A DNA stretch of 64,000 nt from Sphaerodactylus townsendi (lineage: Eukaryota). The DNA lies in the NCBI RefSeq assembly GCF_021028975.2, contig NC_059425.1, positions 121,644,001 to 121,708,000 of the forward strand, read 5' to 3'. Below the pieces are notes generated by a model. It was not told where the DNA came from and ran no database searches. It saw only the letters and a program-made list of their open reading frames with translations. Each line of letters opens with the position of its first letter. The first letter of the stretch is position 1. The position numbers were made by a program, and so were the translations under genes. Shown piece after piece: positions 13,001 to 25,210 of this stretch.

Positions 13001-13951
13001 GATGGCAGGTGACCCTGGCTTTGGAGTGCCCCTCCCCAGGACTCAGGCATGCCAACCAATGGCGGGTTTCCCACAAAACTCTCCTGAGGTGGCACTGGGA
13101 GCCCAGGAAGCAGCCACGGCCACTGCAGGAAGACAGTGCTGGCCCAGACACCTCCTCCCTCCCTTGGCTGCCCAGAGAGGCATGGGGTGCCTTACCCCAA
13201 GTAACTGCCCAAACTGCAGTGAGCAGCAGGTGGGCGATGAGCGGTGCACTGGGGAGAGTGGACAGGGGTCATGGGCTCAGGCAAGGAGGGAGGGTGGGAA
13301 GCTGGTGGATTGAGGAGGACTTTGGAGAGCAGAGTGGTGGCCCAGTGCAGGGTGGTCAGCTACAGGTCAAATGGGCAGCAAGGGAGAGGCGGCCTGAACG
13401 TCCCCTGGCCTCAGGATGCCAAGCAGACCTCAGTGTTAGAGTGGGAAAGGAGGGCAGGGGCAAGTGAAGATGAAGGAGGGGGTGGGATCCTGAGACAGCA
13501 GCAGAGGGGGACAGTGGCAGCAGCCAGTGTGGCCAGGGAAAGGCAGGCTCGGCCTCGGCCCTGAGATCCCAACTGATGGGGAGATAATGAGGGGTTGGGC
13601 AAGTCTGTACAAAGAAAATTAGGGCCAGGGACAAGGAGAAAGCTGGCCATGTAGTTCCCATGTAGCTGGGGAATTGCATTGACCATGAAGAAGAGGCAGT
13701 TGGTGAGTCCTCCTCCCTCACTTCTGAGGCTTTCAAGGAACCAGAAGAACTGGAAGGCCTGGAAGCTGGGCCAGCAAGGGACGATGCCCTGCCCCCTGGG
13801 GGTGCCACGAAGTCCCATCATTTATGTGTGTATATTGCTCAATTCAATGATTGTGCTGTGCTTCTAGTCCTTATAAGCAAGGTAAATTTCTAAGTGTGTT
13901 GTGACAAAGAAGGACCAATTTCAACTGGATTCAAAGAAGGGGTCCTAACTC

Positions 13952-14397
13952 CAGAGGCACATTGGGGGAAAATGGTGCCCGGGGACAACACCTGCTCCAG
14001 GCGCCCCCAGGTGCCCCCCCCCAAGGTTAGGGTGGGGCTTGGGGACGGGGGCGGCTCAGACAGGCACCGCAGCAGCAGGCCGGCTCCTGGGCCAACCTGC
14101 TGCCACAGTGCCCGTTCAAGCCACCCCCTGCCTCCCTGAAGGCAGAAGCCAGCGTGCAGGGAGGCGGAGGGGCAGGGCACTGCAGTGGGTGGCCTAGGAG
14201 GCAGCCTGCTGCTGCGGTGCCCATCTGAGCTGCCCCCAGGCCCCCGAGGGCCTGGGGAAGGAAGGAGATGGCTTGGACAGGCGCCATGCACCACCCACAG
14301 GGACAGGGTGTGTGTGTCAGATAATTTTGTGCCCTCCCCTCCGGTGCGCTCGGGGTCATTTGACACACACACCGTCTCCATAGGTGGTACGCTCCTG
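13952..14397. mobile_element. Probable GC-rich non-autonomous hAT element
   Basis: CAG...CTG termini with weak TIR; 8-bp flanks CCTAACTC / CCTAACTA (7/8). Confidence 0.5.
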
Positions 14398-15779
14398 CCT
14401 AACTACTACGGTAATAACTGGAGCAGAAACTGTTTTTCTTTATCTATTGATCTTGATCAAGGAAAGCATCTGTTCCTAAGAAAGTTCAAGATGCTAACAA
14501 CTTTTCACACAAAGGCATAAGCAGATATAAGCAAATTGATGTGAGGATCTTGCAGAGCTTTTATACCAGTTACAAAATGAGAAGTCAATATTGCACCAAA
14601 TTTTTACCTTATCAACACATTTTATTTCACCTACCATCTTGCAAAAATACCTGTAGCTTGTTTACTCTTACATTAAATTATGCATCTATTGTTATTTACA
14701 CTGACTCAGATGTTTCAGAAAATGTTTTATTTGTTAGGTTCTTAAAGAAATGGCTTCTAGTTCAGAGGTATATTTTTGATATAAAATATCCTGATTCAGT
14801 TCCTGTAGTGTGTAGCTAAAAGTGCTGGGAAAGACCTGTGCCCAATGTCTTTATTTATAAAATGTATACCCCATTCTTCTACTCAGAAGCACTCAGAACA
14901 TCTTACAATGAAGCTAATAATTTTGAAACAACAACAGAATAAAAACAATAAATAGCAATCAGTAATAAAAAAACCTCAGCAGTAAACAATCATTACCTTC
15001 CCAAAATATACTTAGACTCAGTACCTTCGATGTAACCTTCTGAAAAGCTGCCAGAGATTAAGGCCATTTATGTAAGCATCACTTATTCATTTTGGGAGGT
15101 TGCCTGCCACTTTTTGGTTTGGAGGAGGGGGGAAGCCATCTTTTGCCTCTTTAGCAAGGTTTGTCATGCTGAGCAATATTTACAGCAAGAAAGTTTTGCA
15201 GGAGGCTCAGGAGGGAAAGAAGGGAGGGAGGGAGGAAAGACGATGACAGCAGCTGGTAGGAAGAGAGGCAAAGAAGGAAAGGCAGGCAAGAGCAAACTCA
15301 GCCTTGTCAATTTCACTGGATTCACAGCTCCAGTGATAGACCAGGAACATATTTTTTTAAAGAAGCCAGTGAGGGAACCTGATCATCCTGAAATGGTGGC
15401 CAGTAGAGTGGGAGGTAGTGTGGTGTGGGCAGGGAAAGGCATGGTGAAGTGGGAAAACTCGAGAAAATGCTAACACATCTCCTTCACTTTCCCTGCAAAG
15501 AAAGAAAAAAAGTTGCACTTAAAAAGGTTTCAGAAACTGTCAGGATTATCTGATCTGAGAGTGGGGTAAGTGTCAGAGAGGCACTGGTGCGTGTGCTTAA
15601 CTGAGAATCAAACCCAAAGGGAATGTATGCTCAAAGCAGAAGAGACCACATGTGCACAAACAGCCTAACGAATAAGGCAGTACCAAGACCAGAGTACATC
15701 ACAGCAAAGAAACAACCCAATCCCTCCACTCCCTTTGCAGTTCAAATCAATTGTTTACATGAACTCTGTTTTCTTTTAG

Positions 15780-15980
15780 ATGATTGTTGGAATCATGGCC
15801 TTTCTCAGTGGATTGTTAACATTGATGCTGCCAGAAACTCTTGGAAAACCACTGACAAATACTTGGGCAGAAGCTATAGAACTAGGCACCAGCACCAGCA
15901 ACACAGAAAACCCTTCTCCGGCACTGAGTAGTAGCACATCGGAAAAGATTCAGATGCAGAGCCCAGAGACACATGAATAA
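15780..15980 (+). CDS. SLC22A16: SLC22A16 last coding exon
   Basis: ttcttttag|ATG ATT GTT GGA...; MIVGIMAFLSGLLTLMLPETLGKPL (SLC22 LPET.G..L motif)...ETHE, stop TAA. Confidence 0.95.
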   Translation: MIVGIMAFLSGLLTLMLPETLGKPLTNTWAEAIELGTSTSNTENPSPALSSSTSEKIQMQSPETHE

Positions 15981-16728
15981 GGGTGCTGTTTTCATCTTAG
16001 ATGCCATATATTGTATTGTGCTCCTTTATTAGCACTGTCCAACATCATGGATAATACATGTGCTGCTCTCTATATACTCTCTTGCTATAAGAAGAAAGGA
16101 GACCAAAACAGAGACCTGTAGAAAACATTTGGAAGCTGCTCTGAAGCATCTTGTTAACATTTGGAGTGAATAATGCTTATTTTAAAAGGTATTTTTGTGA
16201 GATTCATAGAAAAATACTTAACACTTTTATCTTTTATATCCTTCTGCCTTCTTTGCCCCCTCATTTAGAAATCCTGCGCTGACAACAAGGGCAGGATTGT
16301 GAGTTGATACCTCCATGTGCTTGAAGCATTGAGGCAGTTCTTGTAGAGCAGAGGAAAAAGCTATCATAATTGGGCAGTGATTTTTTAGTAAGCAATAGGT
16401 ACAGAATAAGGCTTTTGTCTCATTGCTTGGAGGCATGATTATTTAAGAAGTTGGGCTACAACTTCTGATGGAAACCTATGTCTGCGGGGTGTGCATATGC
16501 TATTCATGCTCTTTGAATATTAGAGAAGATATTCTGTTACTGAAACAGAATGTTGACTGTACACTGGTCATAGCTGTATATGCTTAGCACAGGTAAAATG
16601 ACTGTCTTAAAAGATTTCACACTAGTCTTCTCTTCCTCTCCTTTCATTACACTCAAAATCTTAAAACAATTTATACAGGTTGAAGATGCAGCTCTGCCAA
16701 TCTTGGAGGTGGCATGAAAATGCTTATT

Positions 16729-16734
16729 AATAAA
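16729..16734 (+). terminator. Candidate SLC22A16 polyadenylation signal (alternative at 19248-19253)
   Basis: First AATAAA downstream of the stop codon; usage unverified. Confidence 0.4.
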
Positions 16735-16996
16735 TTTGCAGACATTCCTTGATTACTGTTGATCCTCGGTTGTTCATTTTGACCACCAAATAGTTGATGT
16801 TGGAGTTCATGGGACCTGAGTAGACAAAAAGGCATGGAGGCCAGGTGAGGGAGGTTGCCATGAGGAAGGTGTGAAAGCAGCGGCTCCCACTCCTGATGTT
16901 CCAAGGCTGAACTGCCAGAAGAGGGAAGAAGAGCCATTTTCCCTGATTCTTCCTCCTCACTGTAGCCCACAACCATCATGGCTTTTTTCTCCAAGC

Positions 16997-17635
16997 CAGG
17001 GGTCCCCAAACTTTTTAAACAGGGGGCCAGTTCACTGTCCCTCAGACTGTTGGAGGGCCGGACTAAAAAAAACTATGAACAAATTCCTATGCACAAATGA
17101 TTGTAAAATGTTTGATTTCACCTTTCAGCCTTTCTGTCATGGTCTATTTTTAGAACAGTAACCAAAGTATGTCAAGTACAGGGTGGGCTCCAAATATTGT
17201 TGGGGAGGCTGTGGAATACCTTCCCCTGTAAAAAAAAAAGCAGAACTTTCCCAATGAAGCATTCCATCTAACCCAGGATCAGTTATCTTCCTGGGTTCTT
17301 TCCTCCCTAGCAGCCAGCGAGCAATTCGCCAGCCTGGCTGATGCCAATGGGAGTGAGGCGGAACAGAAAGCCTGAGAGCAACACATGGAGTAGCTGAGAG
17401 GGAAGGGCGGAGCAGGCGTTGCCACATGTAAGGTTTCCAACTCTGGGTCAGAAAATTCATGGAGATTTGGGGGTGCCATCATGTAACTGCAATCAACAGC
17501 CGTTGGGGCCGGTTCCTTCTCTCCCTCGAGCCCCCACTGCACATGAATGGAGCCATCGCAGCCATGCCTGGCGGGCCGGATAAATGCCTTCAGGGGGCCA
17601 CATTTGGCCCCCGGGCCGTAGTTTGGGGACCCCTG
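16997..17635 (-). mobile_element. 639-bp non-autonomous hAT (Charlie/Buster group; ends resemble OposCharlie1/OC1)
   Basis: 15-bp TIR CAGGGGTCCCCAAAC; perfect 8-bp TSD CTCCAAGC; ~97% identical inverted copy at 56046-56683. Strand is relative to that copy. Confidence 0.95.
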
Positions 17636-18030
17636 CTCCAAGCAAATACTGTGACCCCCACCAGCAGCACTTTAAGAAAAAGTGAACAAGAAGCAAAGAA
17701 CTGCATCTGGCAGTTTGTGGGAATCAGCCCCTAGTCTTCAGTAAAATCTTGTCTTTGTGAGACTAAAGACTTCCAAAAAATGTACAGACCCTTAGGAAGG
17801 ACACAGAGGATATTCAGGCTATTGCCTTATCCTCTTGTTCTCACAACAGTTTTCTATTGTCTCAGATGGAAAGAAACAAATTGGCAAGGAGCCTCTCTCC
17901 GTCACCCCGCCCTTTTCAGTTCAGGCTACAGCTTCAGGGTTCTTCTTGAGCCTCTCCCTTTAATTTTACCAGTAGCTCCCCAGCAGTGCCTATTTCCTGT
18001 TTCTATTTTCTTGCCCTGGAATAGCTATAG

Positions 18031-18406
18031 CAGTGATGGCGAACCTTTTCGAGACCGAGTGCCCAAATTGCAACCCAAAACCCACTTATTTATTGCAAAG
18101 TGCCAACACAATAATTTGATCTGAATACTGAGGTTTTAGTGTAGAAACACATTACTCGGTGAAGCAACCGCGCAACACTTCAAATGGGTGAATCATGACC
18201 CTAGGAGGGTTTACTTGGAAGAAATCCCCATTGCCAGCAACCGAGCTTACTCCCAGGTAAATGATCATGCCCAGGCCAGCCTAGGTGTGTGTGTGTGGGG
18301 GGGATGATCTTCCGCCCCTCCACATGTTGGACTCTGTGCACGAGTGCCCACAGAAAAGGTTCTGAGTGCCAGCTCTGGCACCCGTGCCATAGGTTCGCGA
18401 CCGCTG
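18031..18406. mobile_element. 376-bp non-autonomous hAT (CAGTGATGGCGAACC-type TIR)
   Basis: CAGTGATGGCGAACC...GGTTCGCGACCGCTG; perfect 8-bp TSD AGCTATAG. Confidence 0.9.
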
Positions 18407-18593
18407 AGCTATAGCTTCTCAGGATACTATTTGTGCAACAAGGTTGTCTCCTGTGCCACTAACCCAGTAGTATAATGGATGTCAGTTTCCTGCTTTCTCC
18501 TTGCTTTCCAGCTGGGGTGAGGATTGCCTTCTTGGATTCTAAATACTTGGACCACTGTTCCCTGTGAACAAAAGTATACTTCATTTAATGTAC

Positions 18594-18791
18594 TTTATAA
18601 AATGCTGATTTTTCTATTGCAACTGATGCCATTCTAAATGCAAAAACTCATATTTTAAAAAAAATTCTGTGACCCACTCTGGGTCTTTTCAATCCACCCA
18701 AAAATCCAGAGCGGGTCACAGAAATTCTAAAAAATATGGGTTTGCATTGACTATGGCATCAGTTGCAGTAGAAAAATCAGCATTTTATAAA
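18594..18791. repeat. ~200-bp imperfect inverted repeat (foldback)
   Basis: TTTATAAAATGCTGATTTTTCTATTGCAACTGATGCCAT...CTGTGACCCACTCTGG pairs with CCAGAGCGGGTCACAG...ATGGCATCAGTTGCAGTAGAAAAATCAGCATTTTATAAA. Confidence 0.85.
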
Positions 18792-20084
18792 CTATTTATC
18801 TTTGAAACTACAGGAATAGAACAGCAGCAACATTGGGAAGAAAATACCATGTATACATGTTTCCTAGTTTCTATTATATATACAATGGGGTTTTAAAAAA
18901 TTACCCACAGTACTATTAGAGTATGCGCTGCAATTTACTTAAAAACCACAAGTATTGGGAGGGATATGAAACACTTCAGGGCAATTGATCTCATTTCGCT
19001 TGAGGAATATGTGGCATATGGAGTTCTACAACAGATTTGTAGAAGACAGAAAGTTCTATCATTTTTTTCTACTTTTCTGGGCCAATTTGTTCCCGCTAGC
19101 AGGTGAAAGTTTTAATGGATATTTCACTATGTAGAGAAGCCTAATTTAATGCTAACAAAGGAAGATGTTATGCAATGCTGTACAACAAAGACAAAAAATG
19201 GCTTTGCAAAAGGTTCATTTTAAACTACATGAGTGGCTCAACGGAATAATAAAGTTATTTCTAAAACAGGATATTATGTTGCAGCGTTCTTCTGAGATGG
19301 CATAGACTTTACACTACTGTAATCTGAGTTTACTTAGTGTCAGGATTGGCATCTGGTAGACTGTGAGCTGAATCCAGCTTTACAAATATGCTGACTTTCC
19401 CTTCAAAATTCTTGTAACCATTTCCTCTCAGTAAATGAAGCCATTTTACTTAACTGTGAGAAAACGCTCTCCCACATGTTTTATTTTCCTTATTTCCACC
19501 TTTCCTACTGAGCCTCAAGATCTCAGTAAGTCAAATACGATCAACAGGATGGGACATCCAATGAACAATGCAATAGGATTTGGATTACAGAAATCTGAAA
19601 ACAAGCAGAAATCTGAAACAAAACAAAGCATTTAAACGTGAGACATTAAGTAATGTAAAGAGTACATAGTAGGACCATACTTATAGCCACAGACAGTGCA
19701 TAATAATATAGACTACAGTCCCTGTTCCTTTACTAAAGAATCTGAACTAATTCATTAAAGTGCAGTCTTAATTCATGTGTAAAATAGCTCTCCTGAATAT
19801 TTTGCATATTTTGTGGAAATCCAGAAGAGGAGGAGGCTTCCTAACCTAATTAGGTAGGTCATTCCATCAGGCCCAAGGCCAAAGCAATGGGGAACTGCGC
19901 CCAGGGCACGTGTGTGCCCCGTGCCCCTGCCACACCCCCACCATGCCCCAGCACCGGCACATGCCTGGTGCATTGCACCCCCTATCCCCTTGGCGCTACG
20001 CCACTGATCAGGCCACAACAGGGAATGCATGTGTATGAGTAGTTGTGTGCCCTAGTCTGTCTCTGTCTGCCATGCCAAGAATGC

Positions 20085-20245
20085 ACAAAACTGCCTTATC
20101 CTGAGTGAGACCCCTGGTCCACTGCACGTAGTATTGTGTAGACTGGCAGTGAATCTCCAGCATCTCAACTGGAGATGCCAGAGTTTAGGTCCAGTACATT
20201 TTCCATGTCCAGAAGATGCCCTCTCACTAAGTCACAGTCCCTCCT
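20085..20245 (-). mobile_element. Degenerate Squam2-like tRNA SINE
   Basis: Reverse complement gives a GGAGGGACTGTGACTTAGTG head, TGGCATCTCCAGTT body and CR1-like tail. Confidence 0.55.
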
Positions 20246-21610
20246 CTATGCAGGAGATGCCACAGTGGAGAGATGCAAAGATACTGAAAAAGAGTGGCTA
20301 GTGTAAGTCTGTCTAGTTTTAGATAGATGAGGAGGGTTGGAGCCGCTCCCGAGTGAATGGTAAAGCGGGGGTGCTTTATTTGCCTCTTTCCCACCATGCC
20401 CTCCATGGTGAGGGAAAAGCCACCTGTTCCAGGGAGGTCCCTTTTCCTTTTTTTAAAAAAAATGCGAGTTGCATTTGTGTAGCTATGCAGGTGCAGCCGA
20501 TCATAATGTGGGATAATCAGCGTGGCTGTGGGGGTTCATCTCTGTCTGCCTGGATAGCTTTGCATGTGTAGCAGGAATTTTTTAAAAAGAGAAGCGTCTC
20601 CATGCGAAGCACAAAAGCCACTCAGATGGTTTCCATGGGCTCCACTGCCTGCATGGAACGCATGTGAACGGGAAAACAGGAAAACGGGTTCCTTTATCAC
20701 AACTGCAATCCATTACACATTTGCTGTGGGGACTAAGCCACAGAACACCACCCAGCAAATTGACTGGATGACTTCAGGCCAGTCACCCAATCTTAGCATA
20801 ACAAGGATGTTAGGATAAAAATGGGAAAGGAGAATTATATAGATTCTGCTCTGTAAGCTCCCTAATTAAAGCCTTGGAAAGCAACACACACAAACACAAC
20901 ATTTGTGTGCATGGCTGAAACTGGTGAAGCCAGACTGACTGGTGCAAGGCCCAAATCATGCTTCTCACAAGAGTTATCTATTTGCCCTACCAAGTGTCAA
21001 AAAGAACAGTTAATCTTTATTTATTCAGCATATTTAAAGAATATTCCAAGTGCAGGGCTATTAAGACATCTGAATAAACTGAAGGGCAGTTAAGGCTGCA
21101 CTGGCACCACCAGATTTGAACACACAGAAATGTTTGATAACTGGAACCGATGGTTAACAAAAGGATTGGGAGTAATAGGAAATTTGTTGCACAGAGAAAA
21201 TTTAAGTAGATTCTATCGATAGGTTTATATGCTGCAACAACACCCACTCCCTGAGGGAAGATAGAGGCCCCAAAAGGGAGGGAAGCCTGTTGCTGAGGGT
21301 AGATGTTTGATAGCGGTTTGTTGGCCTTGGCTTTCCCCCACTCTCTCTCACACACACACTAGGGTTTTTTAAAACAGAAATCCTGTCAAGGAAGACTAAT
21401 CTATAGATATAAAAGCTGCCACCAGAAACTAAAGTAAAAATATGTCCGAGAGAGATGTTTGAAAGAGTAAACACAAAACTGGATTTTATTTAACAAGTTT
21501 CTCTTCTCAGGTTGTAGTTTCAGAGAGGTACGTAAGCATTTTTGGTTACTTCAGGCAGATATATCTTAGAAGTTACGTAGCACATGCAGGTTCACTTAAA
21601 TGGTTGTTGC

Positions 21611-22357
21611 TGTTACAAGATTTTGCTTTACTTAAAGATGGCTGTTTCATTTACCGATGACTTCACATATAAGGTCACTCACGCACAGGTATCTTTACTT
21701 AGGGTAAACCTTTACACCACAGCTCTGAACACTCTCCTAAAACTCCCACCCTTACTCCAAAGGGAACTCACACTGGCTTGGGGCAGACTAAGCTCTGGGG
21801 TTTCACTAAACCCACTCTTAACTCTGCTAGTTAAGTAAAACACCCTCAAGAGCTCTCCGGCCCTATATCTGGGTATTGTCTCCTCATGAGACACTAGCCA
21901 AGCATTCTATGTGGGCTTAGTGTTCCTGTGAGATCAGTTTCCCTCTTGTTTCCCACCAACCAGGTCTCTAGCTTCTCCTGGAAGCAAGGCTATTTCCTCT
22001 GAGATCTCTTTGAGAATATAGGTCCCTTTGGCCATTCTCTCGTTGTCTAAGGCCCACTCTGCCTTCAGACTAGATCTCCCTTGACTGACTTTGAGAACTG
22101 ACAGGATTTGTGTCACACAAGTTCTCAAGCTGCTTTAAAATCTCCGAGTTCTCCCTATCTCTTTCCACACTGTCTGACAGACTTCTTCGATTTCCAGGCT
22201 TTCTAGCAAATATCAGCCAGCGGCACCCTATCTCTGGCTCCTGGCTCCTGCATTTCGGCCAGCTAATCAGGTGGGGCTCTAGTTAACACTTTGGTGCTCC
22301 TGGTCTGGCTAACTTTACCCTTTCAAAATTAACCTTATAAAACCCTAATCCGTCACA
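21611..22357 (-). mobile_element. Probable solo LTR (~750 bp)
   Basis: Minus strand TGTGAC...GTAACA termini (TG..CA, short TIR); AGTAAA ~90 nt before the 3' end. No matching TSD. Confidence 0.45.
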
Positions 22358-22489
22358 TATGTCTTCTCTGGTTTCTGTATTTTTTAAAAAACAAACAATT
22401 ACAAAGAACTTTGCCTATTATTTGTTTCCAGGGGTAACAAGATGGTAACTCACATATAATATGTTGTGACCACTTGTGACAGCTTAACG

Positions 22490-22624
22490 CACAGGTGTCA
22501 AACTCGTGGCCCTCCAGATGTTACGGACTACAGCTGCCATAATCCCCTGCCAGAATGATGCTGGCAGGGGATGGTGGGAACTGTAGTCCATAACATCTGG
22601 AGGGCCGCGAGTTTGACACCTATG
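22490..22624. mobile_element. 135-bp hairpin MITE, terminus type CAYAGGTGTCAAACTCG
   Basis: Near-perfect palindrome; TSD GCTTAACG / GCTTAATG; shared CTCCAGATGTT..GGACTACA core. Confidence 0.9.
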
Positions 22625-22849
22625 GCTTAATGCCTGCAAATGGTAGATAATTGTGTGTGTGTGTGTGGGGGGGGGTTGTGTCCACATACCTTCTATTGCA
22701 CCTACAATTCTTAGCCATAGATGGGGAGAATGTATTCCTCCAGTTTTACAGCACCCTCAGTCCTCACCTGCAGATGAGAACTCTATTCAGATACTCCTAA
22801 TTCAAACCCACCTTTCCTTGCTGCCCTCAGCTCCTCTGCCTGCGAGAGA

Positions 22850-23620
22850 AACTCATACCCCGGCTGCTGGGTAGGCAAGAGAAACTGCCCTCGGCTCCTC
22901 TCCGCCCTGGCTGATGACCAGGAAAAGGGGTTGTCCTGGCTCCTCTTCCCGGCCAAGCTCAAGCTGCCGGGCTGCAACAGAAATTCATGCTGCTGGGCAG
23001 GCAAGAGGGGCTGCCCTCTGACTGTTCCTCCCGTGTCCCGGCTCCTGTGCCGGGAAGAGAGGCTGCCATCGGCTCCTCTTCCCGGCCAAGCAGCCTGGGC
23101 GCAAGAGAAAGTACACACAACAGTTGATAAAAGGGGACGCAAGCCTTCGGTTGAGTATTGAACGTTGCGATTTTCATGTTGCTTGTTGCGGCATCGCCCC
23201 ACATGATGCAACCAGTGCCTGCGTCGTTCCAGACGAACCCAGAGCAACAAGCGGGATCCTCAGCTCCTCACCCGGGCAAAGTCCGCTGCGAGGTCCTAAC
23301 ACAAACCACATCAACTAACACATCGCTCCAGTTCCCCAGCACTGTCCAATCGGAGACCAGGAGAGGTGGCATGTGACGCTTACCCCGCTTACGAAGCCAT
23401 ATTTTCCTCCATTCCTGTTCCTTATTTGCTTTTAGTCGTGGGAAAGCGCCCCTTGGCAGAAAACTACCCGGATTCTTAGGCATAGAAAGGTATTTCTGGT
23501 CTCTCCGGGGTTTTTTAGTGGTTGTCAGAATCAGTTGATGACTCATGACTGAGCCCGAGGTGCAAAAGATTTCACAGCGCTGAATACATCTTTATTTGGG
23601 CAGACGTCTGACTTCTCAGC
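22850..23620 (+). promoter_or_regulatory. CpG-enriched region, candidate DDO promoter / non-coding first exon
   Basis: Local CpG excess ~4 kb upstream of the DDO ATG; CCAAT 23346-23350, E-box CATGTGAC 23370-23377, possible donor AAG|GTATTT at 23489, TGACTCA 23539-23545. The DDO ATG exon starts with an acceptor, so an upstream exon must exist. Confidence 0.45.
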
Positions 23621-24934
23621 TACCTGAGGATGAAACGAGCTACAGCTATCTTGGGTCAGGGGCAAATGTGAGAAATAATCGAATTTAGCCATCGTTATAG
23701 TGCAAAAATGGTCATGCATTTTAAACGACATGCAAAGATGTTTCGGGTGTTATCTGAAGAGATGCTTTTCCCACCCTATGCGAAACCCCATTTTCAAGGC
23801 GGAACCCACACAATAATAGTTCCTGCGAACAGCAAACAATAATATAAACATCAAAATGGGATGAAAAAATGGTTTTGTTTAGGAAAGAAGCTTGTGCAGG
23901 TCTACGCAGAAGTAGGTTCTATTTCATTCATTGTGGCATGCTGCAGAGAAAAGTGTTCTTAGTACTGTAGCCATGAAGTAGTCTTTTATCCCCCCCAAAA
24001 GTTTAATAATGGTGTCATGTAGTTCTGTGTAAATATTTTTAAAACTTTAATGTAGGAAAGCGAAATTCAGCAATATACAGAAACTGTGTGTAATGTTAAT
24101 GTTTTGAATGATAATGACACACAATGTGAATCATACTTTTGGAATTGCTTTCTAGCTGCCCCTGATGAAGAGCTTATTGAGTCTGAAAGGTGCTTGGCAT
24201 GACAGTAACTGGAGTGCTTCCACAAGTAAATGAAGCAGCTCCTTTTGAGGTTCACCTGTTGGTCGGTGCTGTCCTTTTACCCCTCCTGAACTCAGATTAC
24301 TATAATGCACAAGATTTGAATGAACAGAGTAATTATGAAGGTGAACACATGGCGGGAAAAATCTGCTTAATTATTAGCACCTGCATGTTTTTTATTCCTG
24401 AAGCTTAGAGATTTGATTACATGGAAGAGATAGTTCATTCTGAAGTGCGCACATCTTGTTAGACCACATTAGGCTCTGTTAGCCCCCAATTAGGCTGCTT
24501 GCTAGGAGGTGGGGGCAGCTCAACTGCCCATCAGAGATGGTTCATTCTGCAGCTACTGGGGCCCCTTCCCCCAATTAGGCTGCTGCTGCAAGATGAGGGA
24601 GGCTAAATTGCTCAACAGCAATGTGTGTAGTGGGGAAATATTCAAACAGAAAAGATAGATAAAATAATGTAAAAGGGTAATTGCTAATTAGCCAGAGGTT
24701 GACATAATTTATTCTATTATTTAAAATAATTTTGATTATGTTGATTGTATATAGGCATCTCCTATAAATTAAAGTACAAATCAGACTCCATTAACCAACA
24801 GTAGTTAACAGCAAAGGGAAAGATGATGAATACGTACAAAGAGACTCACCAGTTTTTGCCATCTCTTCTCATTCATCCATACAGTTTGCTTGGCACCCTC
24901 TTGTGGTAATTACGAGACATGCCGGGAGGGGAAA

Positions 24935-25210
24935 GGGGCCCGGCATCTGAACATAACCCACCCACCCTAGTGGAGGGAGGGGAGGAAGGGGGAGGGGTGG
25001 CATGCAAGGAAAGGGGAGGGAGAGGGCTGGAATCTGGACATGGCCCACCCACCCTAGCGGAGGGAGGGGAGGGGTGGCATGCAAGGGAAGGGGGAGGGAG
25101 GGAAGGGAGGGGGGGTGGCATGGAGGGGAGGGAGGGGGCCCAGCATCTGGACATGGCCCACCCTAGCGGAGGGAGGGGAGGGAGTGGGAGGGAGGGGTTG
25201 GAGGGAGGGG
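24935..25210 (+). repeat. G-rich degenerate tandem repeat (~90-110 bp x3)
   Basis: Units anchored by ATCTGGACATGGCCCACCC(ACCC)TAGCGGAGGGAGGGGAGG near 24945, 25032 and 25144. Confidence 0.75.

Noticed and set aside
13000-13810. GC-rich stretch with many overlapping ORFs in an SLC22A16 intron
   Set aside because: No recognisable domain, TIR or TSD; probably a decayed TE that I cannot assign.
22783-23250. 155-aa minus-strand ORF diverging from the putative DDO promoter
   Set aside because: Non-ATG start, built from degenerate repeats, no homology recognised.
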